In this document: positions 59,249-64,000 of the stretch, piece after piece
Layout of the letters: the number at the start of each line of letters is the position of its first letter
Position numbering within the stretch: the first letter of the stretch is position 1
NCBI GenBank assembly: GCA_050246815.1
Contig: JBFWVI010000002.1
Span: 1 to 64,000 of the forward strand
Direction of reading: 5' to 3'
From: Bdellovibrionales bacterium
GTDB taxonomy: Bacteria; Bdellovibrionota; Bdellovibrionia; Bdellovibrionales; UBA1609
Length of the DNA: 64,000 nt
Position numbers and translations under genes: made by a program
The notes under the pieces: generated by a model
The model's input: only the letters and a program-made list of their open reading frames with translations
What the model was told of the DNA's origin: nothing
Databases searched by the model: none

Positions 59249-59287
59249 TTTACTAATACTAAATATTATTAGTAATTTTTTAGTAAA
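59249..59287. promoter_or_regulatory. Nested inverted repeats, candidate operator
   Basis: TTACTAATA-N8-TATTAGTAA (59250-59275) inside TTTACTAA...TTAGTAAA (59249-59287), in an AT-rich divergent intergenic region. Confidence 0.55.
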
Positions 59288-59387
59288 TTAACGTATTGCA
59301 TTATTAGCGTTTGAGCTACCTTAACGCCGGGCACAATAATTGAACATTGGGAGTCCGCCCAAGCTCCCGGAGAAGGTAGTTAAGTTT

Positions 59388-61340
59388 ATGAAAACACTAA
59401 TTAAAAAAATTACGCTCTTGAGCGTTTTGGCGACAGTTTCAAGCTCTTTATGGGCGGCCCCCAGTCGTGGCGGCAATAGTGCGGGCGGCGGCGGCAGCAA
59501 TGTCGTGGATCAGGGGAGCATGACCGCTGTCGGCATTGGCAGGTTTTTGGAAAAGTCAGCCGGGCCTGGCCCGGCCGAACAACTAAAACGTCTGATCGAG
59601 GACGATAAAGTCATCGTTCAAGAAGTTTGTCCCAAAGATGCTACTTGGGCTTTAGTGAGTCTGCCGGAATCCCTGAAATCCTATTTTCAGATTCAGGTGG
59701 AGCCCAAACAAGGCAGATGGGCAAAAATTATTGGCCGTTCCAAAGCCGCGATCGAGCCACTTTCAATAAAGACTATTTGTGAATCTGCAGAAACCTATGC
59801 GTCTTATGCCAGCCTGGTGATGGCTCTGGTTGACATCGCGGGTCGCGAAAATCATGACGGCTCAAGTGCGGCTTTGATTCAGAGTACCTTTGAAGTGGGT
59901 GGCCCGATTAAATTGGTTGTGACCGCCAATCGCAAAACCATTCCGGCTGTGGGTGGCCAGTTGGAAGAATCCGCTTGGTATGAACAAGAGACCGACCAAG
60001 TGTATTTCGGAGCGCAAGACGTCTGTAAGGGCTTGAGTTGTTTCGGCGCGCGTGCCGATGGCAGCATTTTGACCCACGAAGTGGCGCACTCATTTTTACG
60101 TCGCGTTTTGGGCGATGCTTATCCCAAGGCACAACATTGGCACGATGCAAGCCATTTGGGAAAGATGGATGAAGACGAGGGATACAACAAGTTGCTGAAC
60201 TCGGAAACTTCGCCGGAAGTGGCTTTTATCGAGGCTATCGCCAACGTCATGGAAAAGCGGCACTACGGCCAAAACCATCCCTTCATCTTGCGTGACATTT
60301 CGCTATTTCGCTTGAATGAACAGGCTTGCTACCAACCGCCTCAGTTAGGCATCGACAAAGTTTTCGCGCGTGCTCCTTTTGCGGCCCCTGTGGCCAGTGA
60401 AGTCTATGTGGGTTCGGTCTTGGATGTTTTTCTAAGCGGTTGGCGCGCTAACGAATTGTCTGAAAAAGGCCAGTTGCAGAGCGATTCGGGATATGTGGTG
60501 TCCACGCTCAACTACGCGCGCCAACGCCAGCTGATCGCCGCAATCATGCGCCACCGTCCGACCGATATCGAAAGTCTGGCTATTGCCTTTGACCGTGTGT
60601 CGGGCGGTGATTTGGGTTGGCGCATGTTGCGCGAATATTTTTTCGTCGACTACAAATCTTCTGAGCGCTTAGGTTCAAACTTTATTGCGAGTCGCAATAG
60701 CAGCCGGGTTCGGATCGGCATGGCCGACACAGAAGGTTATTACTGTGGAACACAAGAAGATTATGACAAGAGTTTAAGCGCGGTTTTGGCGAAAGAAAAC
60801 GAGACGGTCGTTGCTGAAGCCAAAAAACTTCACGCCAGTCGCGTCAGTAGCGAAAGTTTAAGTCGCGACATGTTCGCAAGTGTCGACAAAGCTCGTGAAA
60901 CTTTTCTGCAAATCCGCTTTAAGGTTATGCTTCCCGAAGAGGTCATGGCCGAGCTTCAGCGCTTAGCCGGTCGGGGTTCCTTTTGTTCTTCACTTGCGAT
61001 GCATGAGCAGATAACCACAAAAGTCTATCGCCAGATCGAAGGCCGCGGGCGCATTGTGCCTTTGTCGTCGATTCTGAATATTCTGGCGCAGAAGTGCACG
61101 CCAGGTGCTGCCTATTTTGAAGTGAATTCAGACGGTGACCTGCAAATGCAAATGAATCAGATGCAGGCCCTATTGAATCAAATACCACAAATGGCGTTGC
61201 AAAAAACCAGTGCCGGAACCGAGCTGCACGAGCAGCGTGTGCAGCAGTGGATGAAGATGAAGGCACAACTCGAGCGGACAATGAGAAACATCGTCGACAT
61301 CACGATGACCGCGGCCGCATCAAAGCAAATCGTGAATTAA
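59388..61340 (+). CDS. Large secreted protein with gluzincin motif
   Basis: Signal peptide ending LWA, GGNSAGGGG linker, LTHEVAH plus AFIEAIA. Start moved to M17. Confidence 0.65.
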   Translation: MKTLIKKITLLSVLATVSSSLWAAPSRGGNSAGGGGSNVVDQGSMTAVGIGRFLEKSAGPGPAEQLKRLIEDDKVIVQEVCPKDATWALVSLPESLKSYFQIQVEPKQGRWAKIIGRSKAAIEPLSIKTICESAETYASYASLVMALVDIAGRENHDGSSAALIQSTFEVGGPIKLVVTANRKTIPAVGGQLEESAWYEQETDQVYFGAQDVCKGLSCFGARADGSILTHEVAHSFLRRVLGDAYPKAQHWHDASHLGKMDEDEGYNKLLNSETSPEVAFIEAIANVMEKRHYGQNHPFILRDISLFRLNEQACYQPPQLGIDKVFARAPFAAPVASEVYVGSVLDVFLSGWRANELSEKGQLQSDSGYVVSTLNYARQRQLIAAIMRHRPTDIESLAIAFDRVSGGDLGWRMLREYFFVDYKSSERLGSNFIASRNSSRVRIGMADTEGYYCGTQEDYDKSLSAVLAKENETVVAEAKKLHASRVSSESLSRDMFASVDKARETFLQIRFKVMLPEEVMAELQRLAGRGSFCSSLAMHEQITTKVYRQIEGRGRIVPLSSILNILAQKCTPGAAYFEVNSDGDLQMQMNQMQALLNQIPQMALQKTSAGTELHEQRVQQWMKMKAQLERTMRNIVDITMTAAASKQIVN

Positions 61341-61363
61341 CGGGATTGACGCAAAGCTAAACC

Positions 61364-61384
61364 AAAAGGTGCCAGGCACCTTTT
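61364..61384. repeat. 21-bp palindrome AAAAGGTGCCAGGCACCTTTT
   Basis: Perfect 10-bp arms around a single central base, between convergent genes. Confidence 0.75.
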
Positions 61385-63270
61385 TATTCGTCGTCGATGC
61401 GGCGGATGATGGAGCGTTGGTTGGTGGCCAGGACTTTTTTGCGCAGGCGGATGGTCTTTGGGGTTACTTCGATCCACTCATCGTCGTCGATCCACTCGAT
61501 ACAGCGCTCTAATGTCATCTCGCGGATGCCCTTCAAAGCTTCGTAGTGGTCCGAGCCGGCGGCGCGGACGTTGGTCAGCTTTTTCTCGCGGCAGGCGTTT
61601 ACGTTCATGTCGTTGTTGCGGGTGTTTTCGCCGATGATCATGCCCTCATAAACCTTGTCGCCGGGGCGGATAAACATCACACCGCGGTCATCTAGGTTCA
61701 AAAGCGCGTATTCGATGGCCACGCCGCTGCGATCTGAAATCAAAGCGCCATTTAAGCGATGAAGCATATCGCCCTTCCAAGGCGCATATTCGACCAAACG
61801 TGAACTGAACAGGCCTTCGCCGCGCGAAGCGGTCATGTACTTGGTGCGCATGCCCAACAGGCCCCGGGTGGGGATGTCGAATTCCAAACGCACGCGGTTT
61901 TGGGTGCCGCTTGGACCGGATTGGGTGCCACTGGTTTCGTAAGAGGCCAAAATGCCTTTTCGCTCTTGGAACATACGGGTGACTTCGCTGGCGTAATCTT
62001 CGGGCAAATCCAAAGTGGCGCGTTCGATCGGTTCGGTTTTTTGTCCCGATTCATCCTTGCTGGTCAACACCAACGGGCGACCTACCATCAGTTCCATGCC
62101 TTCGCGGCGCATTTGTTCGATCATGATAGCGAATTGCAATTCGCCCCGGCCCAACATGCGAAATTGATCGGGCAGTTCGGTTTCTTCAAAGCGAACCGCC
62201 ACGTTCATGCGGGCTTCGCGCAGCAGTCGATCGCGCAGTTTTCGCGACTGAACGGCTTCGCCCTCTTGCCCCGAAAAGGGCGAGGTGTTCACCGAAAAAA
62301 TCATGGCCAAAGTAGGCTTTTCAACGTCAATACGAGGCAAAGAGGGAACCGCGTCCGAGCCAGCAATGGTATCACCGATCTGAAATTCATCGGTGCCGGC
62401 CAAAACGCCCACGTCACCGGCCACCAGCTCTTTGGTTTCGACTTGCTGCATGCCTTGGTAAGTGAACATTTTAAGCGCGCTGAAGCTTTCATTGATCGGC
62501 TCGCCATTGGCTTTCACGCTTCGGCGCTGCAGCTTTTGGTTGGGCGAAGCCGTGCCCGAACGCACACGGCCAATCGCCAAGCGACCCACGAAGTCCGACC
62601 AGCCTAAGTTGGCCACGGACATTTGAAAGCCGCCAGCGTCTTCGATTTTGGGTGGGGAGATATTTTCTTTGATCAATTTGAACAAGGGCTCAAGCGAGCC
62701 TTTTTTCTTGCCGCTGATCAAGTCCGGAATTTCATCAAAGTCCGTGGTGCACCAGCCCTGGCGGGCGCAGGCGTAGACGATGGCGAAGTCGGCTTGCTCT
62801 TCACTGGCGCCAAGATCGATGAACAAATCAAAGGCGTGGTTGACCACCTCTTTGATGCGGCCGCCACCCACGCATTCGGGGCGATCCACTTTGTTTACGC
62901 ACAAGATCACCTTGTGGCCTTTTTGCAGGGACTTTTGCAAGACGAAACGGGTTTGCGGCAGCGGGCCTTCGGCCGCGTCCACCAACAGCACCGAGCCATC
63001 GACCATGCCTAAGATCCGTTCGACTTCTCCGCCGAAATCCGAGTGCCCCGGGGTATCGACGATGTTGATCTTGGTGTCGCCGTATTTGATCGAGCAGTTT
63101 TTGGCTTGAATGGTGATGCCACGCTCGCGTTCAAGGTCCATCGAGTCCATCACGCGGTCACTTAAGACCTCGCGTTCGCCGAAGGTGTTGCTTTGACGTA
63201 AAAGGTGATCGACCAGCGTGGTTTTACCGTGATCGACGTGCGCGATAATACAGACGTTTCTTAAATTCAT
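61384..63270 (-). CDS. typA: Translational GTPase TypA/BipA
   Basis: AHVDHGKTT, ERERGITI, DTPGH, NKVD, GRGEL, KKLTNVRAAG, EVTPKTIRLRK. Confidence 0.97.
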   Translation of the reverse strand: MNLRNVCIIAHVDHGKTTLVDHLLRQSNTFGEREVLSDRVMDSMDLERERGITIQAKNCSIKYGDTKINIVDTPGHSDFGGEVERILGMVDGSVLLVDAAEGPLPQTRFVLQKSLQKGHKVILCVNKVDRPECVGGGRIKEVVNHAFDLFIDLGASEEQADFAIVYACARQGWCTTDFDEIPDLISGKKKGSLEPLFKLIKENISPPKIEDAGGFQMSVANLGWSDFVGRLAIGRVRSGTASPNQKLQRRSVKANGEPINESFSALKMFTYQGMQQVETKELVAGDVGVLAGTDEFQIGDTIAGSDAVPSLPRIDVEKPTLAMIFSVNTSPFSGQEGEAVQSRKLRDRLLREARMNVAVRFEETELPDQFRMLGRGELQFAIMIEQMRREGMELMVGRPLVLTSKDESGQKTEPIERATLDLPEDYASEVTRMFQERKGILASYETSGTQSGPSGTQNRVRLEFDIPTRGLLGMRTKYMTASRGEGLFSSRLVEYAPWKGDMLHRLNGALISDRSGVAIEYALLNLDDRGVMFIRPGDKVYEGMIIGENTRNNDMNVNACREKKLTNVRAAGSDHYEALKGIREMTLERCIEWIDDDEWIEVTPKTIRLRKKVLATNQRSIIRRIDDE

Positions 63271-63391
63271 GGCTCTTTGGACCGCTTGTTAAGGGGAGGG
63301 GCCACCTTAAGGGGAAAAGAGCCCTGCGTCAATAAGCAGATCCCCGGCTTTTCAGTTGGCCGAAAGCCCTTCCAGGCTTAAAAATGGGCCT

Positions 63392-64000
63392 ATGATCTTT
63401 GGGAACGAATCCATTTCCCAATACTCCCGCAGCAATTTGGCCATTTGGATGGCTCTGGCTTTTCAGGCGGGGTTATTGAATATCGGCGGCTTTATGGCCT
63501 GCCACCGCTTCGTCTCGCACGTGACCGGCTTTGCCACATTTTTTGGGCTCGAGGCCAGCCTGGCCAATAAAAACCAGGCGGCCGGGATGTTGGCGGTGCC
63601 CCTGTTTTTCTTGTTCGGCGCTATGATCAGCGGTCAGTTGGTCGACATTCGTTTGAAGCTGCACAAAAAACCAAAATACTACCTGACCTTCGGTTTGATT
63701 TTTTTTCTTGTGTTGATCGTTTTGATCGGTGGTTGGCTGGGCTATTTTGGCCAGTTTGGCGAGGCTGCCGAGTTCACCCGCGACTATGTGTTGCTGGCGT
63801 TGCTGTGCCTGATTTGTGGGATACAAAACGGCACGGTCACTTCAGTGTCGCGGTCGGTGGTGCGCACCACGCACTTAACCGGGATCACCACGGATCTGGG
63901 AATTGGCCTGATGCGACTTTGGAATAAAAACAAACTGGGGGATCAAGTTCAAGACGACAGCCGCGCCAACTGGATGCGGATCGGGATTTTGCTGTCGTTT
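63392..64000 (+). CDS. YoaK/DUF1275 family membrane protein (3' truncated; not in ORF track)
   Basis: MIFGNESISQYSRSNLAIWMALAFQAGLLNIGGF..CHRFVSHVTG...GIQNG...VVRTTHLTGITTDLG, open to the window end. Confidence 0.9.
   Translation, partial: MIFGNESISQYSRSNLAIWMALAFQAGLLNIGGFMACHRFVSHVTGFATFFGLEASLANKNQAAGMLAVPLFFLFGAMISGQLVDIRLKLHKKPKYYLTFGLIFFLVLIVLIGGWLGYFGQFGEAAEFTRDYVLLALLCLICGIQNGTVTSVSRSVVRTTHLTGITTDLGIGLMRLWNKNKLGDQVQDDSRANWMRIGILLSF

Noticed and set aside
61900..63109. Long plus-strand ORFs opposite typA (likewise 4483-5268 opposite pirin and 2885-3514 opposite the RND gene)
   Set aside because: Fully antisense to well-supported genes, with no recognisable motifs.
1..64000. rRNA, tRNA, tmRNA, IS elements, known defence systems
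   Set aside because: None recognised by eye; tRNAscan-SE, Infernal and DefenseFinder runs would be needed to exclude them formally.

Overview
Compact, gene-dense bacterial chromosomal segment of roughly 50% GC, estimated by eye. It is most likely from a Bdellovibrionota (Bdellovibrionales-like) genome, inferred from a TIGR02147-family gene, a DUF3015/DUF4105 pair, an AAAAGGTGCCWGGCACCTTTT palindrome and many lineage-type secreted proteins. About 70 CDSs are supported; no rRNA, tRNA, CRISPR array, integrase or transposase was recognised. Housekeeping genes (ilvE, DEAD-box helicase, ABC-F, greB, tsaC/Sua5, RluA-family synthase, cardiolipin synthase, typA) are interspersed with transporters and secreted or outer-membrane proteins. 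Most notable: (i) a seven-gene ECF-sigma operon containing a 44-aa acidic ORF, absent from the ORF track, that resembles the anti-sigma tail and lies next to a very basic Tat-type DUF3106 protein; (ii) a soluble poly-HAMP hybrid kinase (11 tandem 276-bp units) plus a REC-PAS-kinase, converging on a coupled wHTH + 2x DUF5985 operon; (iii) a TIGR02147 regulator with a nested inverted-repeat candidate operator facing a secreted gluzincin; (iv) a DUF3015-DUF4105-barrel module; (v) a PTPS-III-type QueD homologue, a degenerate HNH-AP2 protein, a YdeI/OmdA-TfoX_C fusion and a disrupted cytochrome c gene. All family assignments come from motif recognition by eye, not database searches; start codons were adjusted from the ORF track where noted.
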